From assembly GCF_009914755.1 (NCBI RefSeq), contig NC_060926.1: 64,000 nt of DNA. One strand, given 5' to 3'. Positions 16,707 to 38,966 of this stretch are shown here, piece after piece. Both the position numbers and the translations under genes were made by a program. The DNA is from the human T2T-CHM13v2.0 reference genome, Homo sapiens. Within the stretch, counting starts at the first letter, position 1. Each line of letters opens with the position of its first letter. The notes under the pieces are model-generated. The model ran no database searches. It was not told where the DNA came from and saw nothing but the letters and a program-made list of their open reading frames with translations.

Positions 16707-17022
16707 TAGAGTTTTTTAAAGAATGTGGAACTCTCCCTATATGAGAAAGTCCTCATCTTTTATTTTGCTTAGTTTTATTTTATATTAGACTGTCTTTTAC
16801 TAAGACCTTGGGGCTGGCATCCAACCCCTAAGAACTACTGAAGTTATTAAATATGTCTTTGGGGGATCCTGAAAGAACACCTTTCTGGAAGGGTTGGGAG
16901 ATCCAGGGCTGATACTGAAGAATGAAGAGTTGAGAGGTGAAGAAGGGAAGCTTCCTGAGTGGTATTATTTTCCTAGAATCTCATATAAATGGGGGTCTCC
17001 TGAGTTTGGAGTCAAGCCTTAC

Positions 17023-17164
17023 CTTTTAGGCAAGCTACCTTCTTTTTTATAACTCTGTGGTCCCTTAGGTTGGGATTCAAGGGACCAGAGTTATCAGGAT
17101 ATGAAGTTTGGAGAGGGAAAAGGCTTTGGAAAACCCACAGGATCACCAAGCTTTTGGCTATGGG
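17023..17164 (-). pseudogene. Putative decayed-gene exon (PIAKSLVILW...KKKVACLK)
   Basis: tgtttattcag| ... AAAG|gtaagg; 142 nt, open, phase 0/1. Confidence 0.68.
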
Positions 17165-17326
17165 CTGAATAAACAATATATCTCACACATACATATGACA
17201 ATCAATCTAATGAATCTAGAAATAGCATGATTAATAAAATGCAAATATGTTTTAAATCATTGGGGAACTTATTAATTTTTCATTATGAGTTTTATTAGTC
17301 AACAAATACTAGAAGAACAATTACTA

Positions 17327-18016
<690 letters not shown>

Positions 18017-18299
18017 CTAGGATATAGTCATTGACTTATACAACAATCATTTGGTATTTATTATGTGCCAAGCAGAGTGCTAGGTTCCAGAGATGTTTGA
18101 CATCATCCTTTGGCCCTCAAAAAGCTCACAGGTGAGTGGGAAGGGAGAGACATATAAATATATTGGTGATCAAATTTAATGGCAGAAATATCATGATGGG
18201 GTGTTATCAATTGGGAACATGTTGGAAGTGACAGTGGCCTATAAATCAAAAGGAAGATTCAATAATTTATCCACTATCTTTTACACAAACTTTATGTCA

Positions 18300-18523
18300 G
18301 GCTAACCTCCACCTCCCAGGTTCAAATGATTCTCGTGCCTCAGCTACTCAAGTAGCTGGGATTACAGGTGTGTGCCACCATGCCCTGCTAATTTTTGTAT
18401 TTTTAGTAGAGACAGGGTTCACTATGTTGGCCAGACTGGTCTCAAACTCCTGGCCTCAAGTGACTCGCCTACCTCGGCCTCCCAAAGTGCTGGTATTACA
18501 GGCATGAGCCATGGTGCCTGGCC
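18300..18523 (-). mobile_element. Alu (3'-deleted)
   Basis: Alu lacking tail and end of right arm. Confidence 0.88.
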
Positions 18524-18572
18524 AGAAGTCTTATCTTTATAGACCTAAGTATCACAGGTAAGATAACCTTAC

Positions 18573-18707
18573 CCCAGTGAGGATGGAGGAAAGAATGACT
18601 CTGTCCAACAATACCTTGTGATTAGTCCAGTCCAGATCTAGGTTCTCCAAAGGTGGTTGGGTGGCAGCCCTCCTGCCCTCCCCAACTGCTGCTCCTCTCA
18701 GGGGCCC
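18573..18707 (-). pseudogene. Putative decayed-gene exon, 3' part (GPLRG...LENLDLDWTNHKVLLDRVILSSILTG)
   Basis: 45 open codons ending at donor GGG|gtaagg, phase 0, in frame with the next segment. Confidence 0.6.
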
Positions 18708-19978
18708 TCATTCTCAGGTGCTGTCAATAGCAGAGGTATGAGTCATGCTCACGGGATGCCTGTGTCTGTTCCCACCCTGGTCCCTGCCAGATCAAACATA
18801 CTAGCCACAGATGCAGTTGGCCATGAGTCTTGCTTACCTTGGAACCTTGGCCCAGTCTCCGCAGCAAATCCATTGTTAAGGTACAGGCTGTGCGTGGACA
18901 CACTCACTGGACCCCATGCTGAGGGCTTATTGCCTCCTCGGCCTCACTGTCCCTGAATTCCCACACTCCTAGCACTCCTACCAGACATCACCCAGGAGAG
19001 CCTCTTGGCGCAGGTGAATCACTTTTCCTCAATCACCCTAACTCATTCCAAGCATTTATTTGGTGGCAGCTCTTAACCAAGCTTAACTCAGCACTCTTTA
19101 TAGCAGAAAGCAGAGCTGTGTGGTTCACAAACTTCTTGGCCTTGGAGGGGTGGAGTATTGAAGACCAACAATGTGTATAGTTGAGTGTTTTTATTAACAC
19201 GAGCTGACCAGTTCATCTCCTCTTTCCTCTCACCCACAAGTTTCATTCCTGAATCAATGACTATGTCCAATCCAAGGGTAAAATGGGGTGCCCAGAAGAG
19301 CAGGTGGTATGATCATTTGAGGACCTGCTGAAGATCTCTCTCTATTTATCTATCTATCTACCTCTCTCTCTCAGAGATCTTGCCTTTGCCACCAGAATTC
19401 TCACTAATGCCCCCTACCTGGGGCAGCCGGTGTCACCATTTTTACTCTTCTTTAAAACTTGACACCCCAATAGCCTGGCATGTCAGGATGTGCCCATGCT
19501 GCTGCTAGAGGAGGCTGGCTGATCTCGCATTCACATTCCTATTCATTTCAAGAATGATAGTAGATGCATTCTGAGATCCTGCAAGACACTTCCAATAGTC
19601 TTCTACTCAGCTCCAGCATCAGATGGATGGAAGAGGAAAACTAGTGGGATGAGGCAGTGAGTGTGTATTGCAGGGCATTTCAGGATGAAGAGCACTAAAG
19701 AGTGCTCATTCTTTTACAGTTTCTCTCATTTTTTGACCACATCTCCTTACTACTCTCTCATCTCTCCCTCTTCTGCATGCTTTCAGGGTAAAGACATATA
19801 GACAGTAGTGTCCAAGGAGCTTCGTGGCTGTCTCTGGGGAGTCATCCCTTGCTCTTGGTGAGGCCTAATGCTGGGTGACTGAGCTGCTTCTTGGCTCTAA
19901 AGCAGGGTGTGGGAAACTGGGGTGAGATTCTGGTTGGGTAGCTGTTCTTAGTGGCAGCCTTCTTTCCTTGTTGATACT

Positions 19979-20468
19979 TATGAGGTTCAGGACACGCTAC
20001 TACAAAATGTGGCACCTTGGCATTTGAGAAAACAGTAAAAGCAAGAAGCCCACTCTTACTTTCCCCTCACCTCTTATCCTCTGAAGCAGATCAGGAAACT
20101 AAGCTGAGCTTCTCCTGAAGCAGGTCCTAACATCCCCATGTGAGAGGTGCCCATCCTACACTTGGAGAAAAGGAATGTTACACAGGAGAGCCAAGAAGAA
20201 TCTGAACAAACTAACCTTGCTAAGTTTTCCCTCAGTTTGTTACTATCAGCTCATACACTTTGGTTCTCTAATCATACTTCTGCATGGCTGTTCATAAAAA
20301 TACAGTTGTCTTCATTTCTTTGCATCTTCATTTCTGAAGGCTCTCATACAAAACTTATATGAAATACACTTGTATGCTTTTCTCCTGTTAATCTGTCTTT
20401 TGTCATGGGAGGATCAGTCATGAACCTTGTGATGGGTGAGGAAAAGCTGTTACCTTCTCTCCCCTACA
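19979..20468 (+). mobile_element. ERV1 solo LTR (MER34/MER39-like)
   Basis: ggttcaggacacgctac...aaaatgtggcacc start, cccctaca end; no clear TSD. Confidence 0.65.
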
Positions 20469-20579
20469 GCAGCATGTCCTCTCAGATGATGGCGCAGGGG
20501 TTCTCACCAGTCTGATACCATGAGTTTGATTCCAACAGTGGGTGCCTCTTGAATGGTTTACCTGTCCCCACATTAGCCC

Positions 20580-21000
20580 CATGGGATCTTTTTACAACAT
20601 AAACTTGATCATGTCCTTCCCTCTCTTAAGATCTCCAGTGGCTTCTCTTCACTAAGAACAAAATCCAAACTCCTTACCAAGACCCACAAGACCTTCCATG
20701 GACCAGTTGCTGCCTGCCCTGACAAATTCACCTCCTACCCTTCTTCTCCTTCTCGTTCTGCTCTAGCCACACTCCACACTGAGCATTTTTTTGGTTCCAC
20801 CAACATCTTACATTTCTTCCCATTGCATGGCCTTGGCACTTGCTACTTCTGTTTGCAATGCCTTCCCCTACAGAACTTTGGATATCTGTCTCCTTCCCTT
20901 CCTTCAGGGCTCAGCTCAAATGTCACTTCCTCAGAGTAGCCTTCTGATGACCCAAACTAAAGCCCCCCCACCCCAATGTATTCTCCACTTTATCACCAGA
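20580..21000 (-). mobile_element. L2 fragment
   Basis: aaaatccaaactccttacc and tcagctcaaatgtcacttcctcag L2 3'-region phrases. Confidence 0.7.
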
Positions 21001-21009
21001 GTTTTCCAG

Positions 21010-21191
21010 GCTTTACTGACTCATATTTGCTCTGGATGCTGTCCCAAGATTCAAAGGGCAGCGTTAGGTCTGCCTGATGGTTAGACATGGTGTCCTGATT
21101 GGCAGGCCCCATGACAAGACAGGTTTAGTGAAAGGACAGGACAAGATCATTCTGAAATCCACTCCCATTTCTCCTTCTGATACTCCTTGGA
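21010..21191 (-). pseudogene. Putative upstream exon of the decayed gene
   Basis: Strong acceptor ctctttttctcccag|; phase-2 frame PRSIRRRNGSGFQNDLVLSFH*TCLVMGPANQDTMSNHQADLTLPFESWDSIQSKYE with one stop; 3' end uncertain. Confidence 0.42.
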
Positions 21192-21220
21192 CTGGGAGAA
21201 AAAGAGAGGCTATCTTTCGG

Positions 21221-21325
21221 TAGAGTGACCAACTGTCCCAGATTCCCAAGGTTTTATAGGATATGGGGTTTTCAAATAAAAAACTGGGAAAGTCTCAGGA
21301 AAACTAGGACAAGTTGGTTACCCTA
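21221..21325. mobile_element. Small hAT-Blackjack MITE (MER94/MER81-like)
   Basis: Inverted termini TAGAGTGACCAAC...GTTGGTTACCCTA. Confidence 0.7.
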
Positions 21326-21509
21326 TGATCTGAGATCTTTTGAGGAAGTTCAACAGTGAAAAACCAATTGAATCACCTTTGACCATTCAATTTAATTCTC
21401 TTTAGCTTTGTCTAAGTCATAGAAGTTGGATACCAAAGAAAAACAAATACTTTTTGCAATACCTTGGATGACATTATGTAGGAGGATTTGTTAGAAGAAT
21501 ACCTTGCAA

Positions 21510-21530
21510 GACACACACACACACACACAC
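21510..21530. repeat. (CA)n microsatellite
   Basis: About 10 CA units. Confidence 0.9.
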
Positions 21531-22529
21531 CCTAAAGGCAAAAGTGACGCACATACTGAACATTTAATATGGTTTTGACTCCAAATCCTTTGTACAGCAC
21601 CTGTTGTCTGAGCTTGATAAAGATTTGATAAACTGTTGAGCTGAGTTTAGCTGAGTATATTATGAGATCACTTTTAAAGCTTCAGGGCCAGAAAATCTGA
21701 AGAAATTGGGCTGTTCCAGAAATTCCTCACAGCAGGAAACAGAAAGACTTCATAATCTAAGTATAGGTGGTTACCATTACCTCTGTTGACCAAATTGATC
21801 GGCCAATAGGGAGGATGGTCTGCCACCTGATGGTAACTCATAACATTGCTCCCTGGTAAAGCACAATTCCTGTGTTGGGTGAATTAATTGGGCATAGAAT
21901 TATAAGAGCTGGAGGCGCCTTAGATTTTGACTGTATTTTTAACCACTAAAATAAATAAACTTCACAAATAATATTTTAAAATTGTTTGTGAATTATTGTA
22001 CATGAGAAATCTCACAATAGGGTGAGGTAAAGGGAAAAGAGAACTAAAATCTGCAGAATATTCATGGGAACTAGACGTCTACATAGATTTCTCCCACAAC
22101 CTTGTAACATGGATAATATTATATAAATTTTACAGATGCTAACATGGATACTCAGAGAGGTTAAGGTGTTTCTCCGAGATTAAACAAGAAAATAAAGGGC
22201 ACAGTTGATTCGACCTCAGTTCTTTCTGGCTCCAAAGTATGATCTCAGGCTGTTACACTGCATTTTGTCACATATTTAACAGATCACTTTATAACAAATA
22301 ACTTTATTGCAGTATAGTTTACATGCAATATACCTGTATGTTTTAAACTTGCTATGTTGAGATAATTATACATTCACAGGAAGTTGCAAAAATGGTTACA
22401 TCTTATATAACTAGAGTGTAATACCAAAACCTGACATTGATATTGGCACAGGATATATGTATAGTTCTATGCTATTTTATCACACGGGTAAATCCACGTA
22501 ACCATCACTGTGATCAAGATACAGAACTG

Positions 22530-23058
22530 GGGCTGGGAGCTGTGGCTTACATCTGTAATCTCAGCACTTCAGGAAGCTGAGGTGGGTGGATCGCTTAAAT
22601 TCAAGAGTTCGAGACCACCCTGGGCAACATGGCAAAACCCCCTCTCGACAAAAAATACAAAAATTAGTGCCTGTACTATGCGCCTGTAGTCCCAGCTACC
22701 TGGAAGGCTGAGGTGGTAGGATCCCCTGAGCCCAGGAGGTCGAGGTTGTCATGAGCCAAGATTACACCACTGTACCCCAGCCTGGGCAACAGAGCAAGAC
22801 CCTGTCTCATAAATAAATAAATCTGTGATCCATTTTGAGTTAATTTTTGTATAAAGTGTGAGGTTTAAGTGGTTTTTAAAATTATTTATTTATTTATTTA
22901 TTTTTGAGACAGAGTTTCGCCCTGTTGCCCAGGCTAGAGTGCAGTGGCGCAGTCACTGCTCAATGCAGCCTTGATCTTGACCTCCTGACCTCAAATGATC
23001 TGCCCACCTCAGCTTCCCAAAGTGCTGGAATTATAGGCATGAGCCACCGCACCCAACC
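22530..23058. mobile_element. Alu (+, 22530-22821) and internally deleted Alu (-, 22885-23058)
   Basis: Alu arms; second element jumps from right arm to left arm. Confidence 0.85.
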
Positions 23059-23089
23059 TTTTGTTTTGTTTAGTTTTGCCTGTACTTAT

Positions 23090-23370
23090 CAATGGCAAGC
23101 TGAATAATGTCTATGTCCTAATATCTGGAACCCGCGAATGTTACCTTATATGGCAAAGGGGCCTTTGCTGGTGTGATTAACTTTAAGGTTCTTGAGATGG
23201 AGAAGTGATCCTGGATTATCCATGTGGGCTGGGTGTCATCATAAGGACACTTGTGAGAGGGAACCAGGAGATCAGAGTGAGTAGAAGATGTGACCGCGGA
23301 ACCAAGATGTTGGAGTGATGCAGAGAAAGAGCCATGAGCCAAGAAATGTAGGCAACCTCTACCAGTCTGT
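23090..23370 (+). mobile_element. MLT1 LTR fragment
   Basis: atgttaccttatatggcaaaggggcctttgc...gatcctggattatc. Confidence 0.7.
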
Positions 23371-23526
23371 GACCAAGAGAGGACTAAAAATTGGTTCTTC
23401 TAACTCAATTCTTTATTTTCCATTATCTATTATACCATGCACTTTTATACCATTATACTATACAACCATTAAATCGTATCTTAATAAACTGTAAGCAATT
23501 ATACAATTTCTGGGTTGTACTGGGAT

Positions 23527-23863
<337 letters not shown>

Positions 23864-24388
23864 TGATGATTTTATCTATTCGTCATCTATCCATCCATGC
23901 ATGCATCCATCCAGTAACCTCATACTGGTGCCAGTGTAAAGCCCTGAGGATACAGACGTAAAAAATAATAGATGCAGGCTCTGCACGCAAGGAGCTTGCC
24001 CTCTAGTGGGCAAAAATAGGCATAGCAATTATTTCTTTTTCCACCTCGTACCCTGGTGCAGCAATTACATACATATATACATATATATTTGTCTGCCTTA
24101 GAAGATGGCTTAGCCAGATGAAGATGAAGACTGGGAGGATGAGGGGTTATAGTGAGGACATTCTGTGCGGAGGCACTGGTTCTTGCAAAGGCATGAAGAC
24201 ATAATAAAACATGGTACGTACAGAAACTTTGAGTGGCTGGCTATAATTGGAGTTTAGGTGGTAAAAGGGGGCTGGTGGAGGAGGATGCTGCTGAGGGAAA
24301 AAGAGGTCAGCTCATGGAAAAGCCCCTGCATGCCTTGTTAAGAAGCTTGGACTTTAACCTTAAAACAGTGAGATGCATTGTAAGATTA

Positions 24389-24932
<544 letters not shown>

Positions 24933-25562
24933 TTAATGGAATATAGTGAAAGAGAGGACTATTCCTAGAACCCTGGCTTGGAATTTGTACATTCATTCAC
25001 TGCAAACAGTTTTTGCTTGTTCGTTACCTAAATCTATCATCTTCAAAGAAATACAGATATTTCCAAGGAATTGATGTAGTTTGGGATAAACTTTAACTAG
25101 AATAACATCATAAATCAGCTTTCATTTGTTTACTGTAAAATACCAGCTGAGGCAGGAGGATCCCTTCCACCCAGGAGTTTGAGGCCAGTCTGGGCAACAC
25201 AGTGAGATCTTGTCTCAAAAAAAAAAAGTCTTTTTAATTAAAAAAAAGGATTATCTTGCTCAAAATGTCCGTACTGCTGAGTTTGTGAAATCCTCTAATA
25301 GCTTCCTGCAGCTTTGAAGAGATAGGTACATGGGAATCTTGAAGTTGGCATTGTAGGGAAAATTTCATACTTCAGTAGAAAACTTTGCCTTATCTGAACT
25401 GTGCAGGACAGCCTTCCAGGTTATCTGATTCCATGAAAGCTATTTTTCAGTTTTGTAAATTATGAACAAATAACAGCAATATGAAATAATTTTTATCTAA
25501 AGACGTGCAACATCTGCTTTGTATGGCAGAGGTTCAGTTGAATTCCTTGTCTTATTGTGGAG

Positions 25563-25924
25563 TGATATGGTTTGGCTCTCTGTCCCCACCCAAATCTCAT
25601 CTCAAATTGTAATCCCCACATGTCAAGGGAAGGACCTGATGGGAGGTGATTGGATCATGGGGGAGGTTCCCCCATGCTGTTCTCATGAGAGTGAGTGAGT
25701 TCTCACAAGAGCTGATGATGTTAAAGTGTGGCACTTCCTTGGTCTTTCTCTCTCCTGCCACCTTGTGAGGAAGGTACTTGCTTCTCCTTTGCCTTCCATG
25801 TGAATGTAAGTTTCCTGAGGCCTCCCCAGCCATGTGGAACAGTGAGTCAATTAAATCTCTTTTCTTTATAAGTTGCCTAGTCTCAGGTAGTATTTTTATA
25901 GCAGTGTGGAAACAGACTAATACA
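25563..25924 (+). mobile_element. THE1/MST-type MaLR solo LTR
   Basis: tgatatggtttgg...gactaataca; near-TSD TGGAG/GGGAG. Confidence 0.88.
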
Positions 25925-26976
25925 GGGAGCAAGCTTGCTTTGTTTCCCCAATTGGCACATTCATTTCAACATTTCTTTACTCCATATAATTTGTGATTTT
26001 TTAGAACTTCTTTAAACTAGTTGAAACACCTCACCAGATTCCTTATTAATGAGTTCAATAAAGTATTAACATGTGTTTATTTTTTATCTGTATGAGAGTT
26101 ATATTTTGTCTTAAAGAAATTCTCTTTCAATAGCATTATCCACCATTGAGGTAGTGAGGGAACAGAATCATTTCCACTGGAAGGTGCCTGGGCCATGGCA
26201 ACTGAGGCACGGAACTGAATGTGAGCTTTAAAATCGGCTGCATTTGTCTCTGTGGCCCCCTGCTGTATTCCTGGAAGCTGGAGCTGCACCCAGCATGTAG
26301 TAAGTGCTCCACAAATGTTTGTTGAATGAATAGATGAGGCAACTGAATGAAAACCTTCTGCTTAGGCTGTGTAGATTGAGGAGGAAAAGAGAGAGAGAGA
26401 GAGAGAGAAGACATTGTTCTCTATGGGAACAAGGAAGGGGAGATTTCCTTAAGGAGAGGGAACAATGGACTTTATAACGGGCAGAAACTTGTGTTCAGCT
26501 TCCAAGGGCCAGCATACCTGGGGCCCTTCCCCTACTGGTGGCTGTATCATTTGTTATCTAGAGCATATCACATGAGCCAGCCTGGGCAGTTGAGCATATT
26601 TAGAAGAACAGATAGTTTTTAGAAGAAAAATGAGGATTACAGAATTGTCTTGAGATAATTATCCTTGGCTACAAGGATCAATAACAACAATGAGGTGGGA
26701 CAGACAGTTGCTGGGCACACACACACAAAATACTTCTGTGAAAGTTTGCAATGGCCCTTTTGCAAAGTTGTGCTTTTTTCAGGGTTATTTTGTGAGAGTT
26801 CTTGTTATCTGGCATTTGTATGTGAGAACCCTCCTTTCGCGGCCTTCCCTGGCTCCATTTCTCAGGGTTTTTAACACAAGTGACTCTATTTTGATTCTGA
26901 CAACTTTTACAGTGACAGAAAATAACTGGAATCGAACTGCTATTGAAGATGGCAGCAGGAGCAATAAAGGACATAG

Positions 26977-27162
<186 letters not shown>

Positions 27163-28210
27163 TAACCAGGGTTTAAGTTCTAATTTCAGTGCAGATAATG
27201 AAATTCAACTATCAGGAAAATTAATATTGAAAATTCCCCTGAAAATAGCATGCTGGAGAGTCCTGTTGAGCCCCTCCTTAGGTCCACAGCAGCCAGTTTT
27301 TCTTCCAGGTACTAACACACTGCCAGCACCAAGTGAAGTTGTTGGCTCATGCATTAGGGATCAGGTTGAACATGAGACTCACATTTGGGGCCTCAAAATG
27401 TTCAAACTGAGTCTCATGGGAATTGAAGCTGGCTGAGAGCATTAAAAGGAATGATGGTGGGATCTCCTACACTCTATCATTTTTTTTCTTTCTTGCAGGG
27501 AATAGCCATTGTTACACTTGTATTAGTCTTTTAAGTTTTTTAAAGTTTACTGTATACATTTTTATTCCTGGGTAATATTCAGCAGAATGGGCTGTGGGAA
27601 CCCCATCTGGAGTCCTGCAGAATTTGCAGAATTATGTCACAGGTAAGGAGTCAGTGATGAATTCTTCTGACTGGGGAAAGCAGGATCCCCTATAGCTCAG
27701 AGATGGGACTTAGGGTACACTCTGCCTTTACATCTCACCCTATGCTTTATCCTCTGTAAATATGGGTTAAATGGAATGATCTATCAGAAACAGTTGTGTA
27801 AAATGTTAATGTTGGAAGAGACCGTAGAGATAATTTACTTCAACTTTCATTCCCCCATACCCCACTCCCCACCACCCTTGAACTCTATGTTTGTATGAGT
27901 TCAACTCTCATTTAATAGGAGGAAGGTGAGGTTTAGAGAGATGAAGGGCTTTCACTAAGGTCACAAAGCCAGTCAGTAGCTGTGCTGAAAATAAAAACAT
28001 CTAGGTCCTCTCTCTTTCTCAGACTTCATTTGTTATTCCTTTTACAACCTAAACCACCCTGAAGTACCTCCACCATGTTCTGTGCTCTAACTAAACATAT
28101 TATAATAATCAACTGAGATGGTTAATAAAAAGTTCCTCGACCACTTGGCTTCCTTATTCTCCCTGATATTTTCCAAAAGTTAAAAACAGACTGTCCTGAG
28201 GCAATAGCAT

Positions 28211-28978
<768 letters not shown>

Positions 28979-29287
28979 GCATTAAATGTTTAGACACTTA
29001 GCCTTATTGCTAACAAACGTTTGGTCATTAAAAAAATGTACAAAGTCATGGTGGGAAGTTGACATAAAAATTGAAGGCTGAGAGAGCCTGAACTTTCTAA
29101 ACAACATAAGAAAAACATCCTGAGAGAGCTAGCAATTTGTTTTGCTTTTATCCTCCCTGAAATAATAAAAACAATTTTCATTTCCTGAATCTTCCTTTTC
29201 CATGAGTAGTACTATATGTCAGTCCATATCTAAATGGCAATCAAGACTTGCCCTGCTTTTCTAGTGAAGAGAACAAAGATAGCTGAC

Positions 29288-29596
29288 CTCAGGTCTGTTC
29301 CTCTCTAACTTGCACCTGCCTTTGTGTGATGTTGCCCTAGGCCCAGTGGCCTTAGCAACTCCTTCCCTATAAGCTCTCACTGGGCGTGACGTTGGGGAGA
29401 CCAGCAAGAAAATAGTTGCTGTAAAAGATATCAGAAACACTGTATAGAGCACCCAATAGATTCAATGGTGTGCTTTATAAATGGCAAACTGTTCCAGAAA
29501 TGCAGAAGGAGAAGCATGTTGGATGGAGTTATCTCGGTCCAGTTTTTAAAATCATAGTTTCTTGGTAGGATTATTAAATGTGAAATTGCTTGTGAG
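29288..29596 (-). pseudogene. Putative upstream exon of the decayed gene
   Basis: ctcgctctttctag| ... GAG|gtcagc; 309 nt; phase-2 frame SQAISHLIILPRNYDFKNW...IQCF*YLLQQLFSCWSPQRHAQ*ELIGKELLRPLGLG with two TGA stops and a late TAG. Confidence 0.45.
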
Positions 29597-29802
29597 CTAG
29601 AAAGAGCGAGAAATTCCAGGCTGACTGAGGTAGCACGAGGCTGAAGGTGGGGAGTTGGAGGATGAAAGAAAGGAGGTGTTAAGGGCTGGTACCCTGAGTT
29701 CATTCATTCTGCAAATGCTGGGATCCAGGTGAGTTTTCTGCTTATATTTTAGAATGGCAAAGTATAGGCAATAAACAAACAAACAAAAGATTACATAATG
29801 TC

Positions 29803-30116
29803 AGCCAGGCATGGTGGCTCACACCTGTAGTCCCAGCATTTTGGGAGGCTGAGGTGGGTGGATCGCTTGAGTTCAGAAGTTTGAGACCAGCCTAGGCATC
29901 ATGGTAAAGCTCCATCTCTACAAAGAAAATACAAAAATTAGCCAGGCATGGTGGTATGCACCTGTAGTGCCAACTACTAGGGAAGCTGAGGTGGAGGATC
30001 ACTTGAGCCCAGGAGGTAGAGGCTGCAATGAGCCATGATTGTGCCACTACACTCCAGCCTTGGCAACAGAGTGAAACCATGTGTCAAAAATAAATAAATA
30101 AGTAAATAAATAAAAA
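29803..30116 (+). mobile_element. Alu (J-like)
   Basis: Dimeric Alu. Confidence 0.9.
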
Positions 30117-30121
30117 CATAA

Positions 30122-31372
30122 TGTTGATTTAAAGCAAGAAGGTGAGGCACAAAATGTCATTTTAAAGAGCTTACTTGAGCCATGAGGAGGAGAGCTGCCC
30201 AGAAGACTCAGACCCAAGTAACCTTGGATGTGAGCTCCATCCAACCTTTGTTAACAGGCAGGTTTTTATAGACCTAAAGGAGGGATAAGGAGTGGACTGA
30301 TAGGAAGTTGTTTGTCAAGGATTCTCATTGGTTTACAGAAATAATGTTGATTGGTGATTGCCTATATGTTGTTCTTTGTATGACAAGTTCCAGGAATATG
30401 AAGATAATGGGTGAGGGTTACATTATGAAACTACAGGAAAGGAAAGAAAAAACAAAATGCTTTTAAACAATTGCCTCTGGGAATGGGTGCAGGAGAAGAT
30501 GGGAAGACTGAAGTCCCATACTCTCTGGGCCTGATACATTTTACATACCTCACATTCCTCAGAGAGCTCTAAGCTATTTTTCTTTCTTGATAACAAGATG
30601 ATGACAGAGCACAATAGGATAATTTGATGGGAGTGAGGGGGAGATGGGAGGGCTGAGGATTGGGGCAGTGGTACTTTATTAGTAAATCAGGGAAGACCTC
30701 TGTGGCTAAACCTGAATAAGGTAAGGGAGCCAGCCTTGTGAAGGTTTTAAGGGCCCAGAGAAAGCTTCCCTTTCACCCTCTGAAGGGTCACTGAAAATCA
30801 ACAGACACAAGACAGATTAATGGGAGAAAAGGAGTACAAATGTATTTGATCATCATTTTACACGACATGGGAGCCTTCAGAATGAAGACTCAAAAATACA
30901 GAGGAAACTGCCCATTTTTATGCTTAGGTTCAAGAACTATGGATAGCCATGTAGAAATATGATCGTACATAAAGGTTATGATCTAATGCTAACAGACTGA
31001 GTGGGGAAACCCAGCAAGGCCTGTCTGCTTAGATGACTCTTGGTCTCTCTGTGGAGCATTCCTTCCTTCTGGGTATGGGGCAGGAACCTCTCTGGAATGG
31101 TTATCCCTAACATGGTAGGTCAGGTAATTTCTTTATGGCCAATTTTTCACACAGAAAGGTGGGGGAAAGTTGGAGTAATATTTTTAGGCTTTATGGCTTG
31201 CTTTTGGGGAAAGGGGTTCTGGTTTCTATGACCTGCCTTGGGGAAGAGGGATTCTAGTTTCTGTGACTATCCTGGGGGAGAATGAGCAGCCAGAGATTGG
31301 AGGGCAGGGGAAGGTCAGAGAAAACTTTTCTTCTGCAACCTTTATCTTGGTGTATCATTTTCGCAGACTCAA
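30122..31372 (-). mobile_element. Two adjacent ERV1-like LTRs (~30122-30593 and ~30738-31372)
   Basis: TG...CA-bounded blocks with LTR-type phrases; subfamilies not assigned. Confidence 0.5.
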
Positions 31373-31672
31373 CAAGGTCCATGGATGTGTGGTCCAGTCT
31401 TAGAAAGTGCCCCTCTGACTTTTCTACAGAATGTATATACTCAAGTGGCAGAATAGTCTGTTTTCTTCCTCTCACCTCCTCCTTGAGGTGGGATGCACAT
31501 CCATTCCCTCTTTTCAGGGCTTGGTAACTGGTAAGTTAGGCTGATGCTCAAGACTGAACAGAGATGGAGCCCTTTGGCAACAGTGCAGGCATCAGGGCTA
31601 GAGCTGATTCCTCTGCCAGCGTGGAAAGGAATGATCTTTTTTGTGAATGTCTGCTCCTCACCCCTACCTCAC

Positions 31673-31771
31673 CAAACTGGCAAAGCTTGGTTTCCTTCAT
31701 CTTTCTCCTCTTCTGCCCATATGGATCTGAAGTTTCCTCCAGCTCCATCCAGAGAAAACAAATGGATGGAA
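31673..31771 (-). pseudogene. Putative upstream exon of the decayed gene
   Basis: gttgtcatttag| ... TTTG|gtgagg; 99 nt; phase-2 frame open (SIHLFSLDGAGGNFRSIWAEEEKDEGNQALPV) and compatible with the 29596 acceptor. Confidence 0.4.
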
Positions 31772-31960
31772 CTAAATGACAACACTGACAAACAGGTGAG
31801 CTCCAGAGAGTGCTTTGGCAAACAAGGAACAACCAATGTGGGTGGGGGTACTGAGAGCTAGGGAGTTCCTTGGGGGTAAGATAGGTCTGGAGAAGGTGAT
31901 CACTTGGGAGTTCTGGGAATGGATGAAACAGATGAAACAAGCTGCACAAGATAGATGAGG

Positions 31961-38712
<6,752 letters not shown>

Positions 38713-38750
38713 GAACCTCCCATGTAGTCTCACCTGAAGATTCTTTAAGG

Positions 38751-38966
38751 CAGTTTCTCAATATCAGCACTATTGACCTTTGGTTGGGAAAATTCTTTGT
38801 GTATGTGGCTGTCTGTGCACTGAAGGATGTTTAGCAGTATCCTTGGCCCCAACCTATTAGACGCCAGTAGAATTCTCCCAATTGTGACAATAAAAAATGT
38901 GTCCAGACATTGTCAAATATCCCCATGAGGGGAGGGGCAAAAATCATTCCAAGTTGACAATCACTG
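38751..38966. mobile_element. MER20 DNA transposon
   Basis: cagtttctcaa...gacattgtcaaatatccc...gttgacaatcactg. Confidence 0.8.

Noticed and set aside
17090-17164. Alternative frame GDPVGFPKPFPSP resembling phospholipase B repeats
   Set aside because: Closes at a stop, lacks the GDSL motif, and a different frame is fully open and phase-compatible
21590-21770. Plus-strand coding-looking stretch (HLLSELDKDLIN...ETERLHNLSI)
   Set aside because: Two in-frame stops, weak splice sites, no phase-compatible partner found
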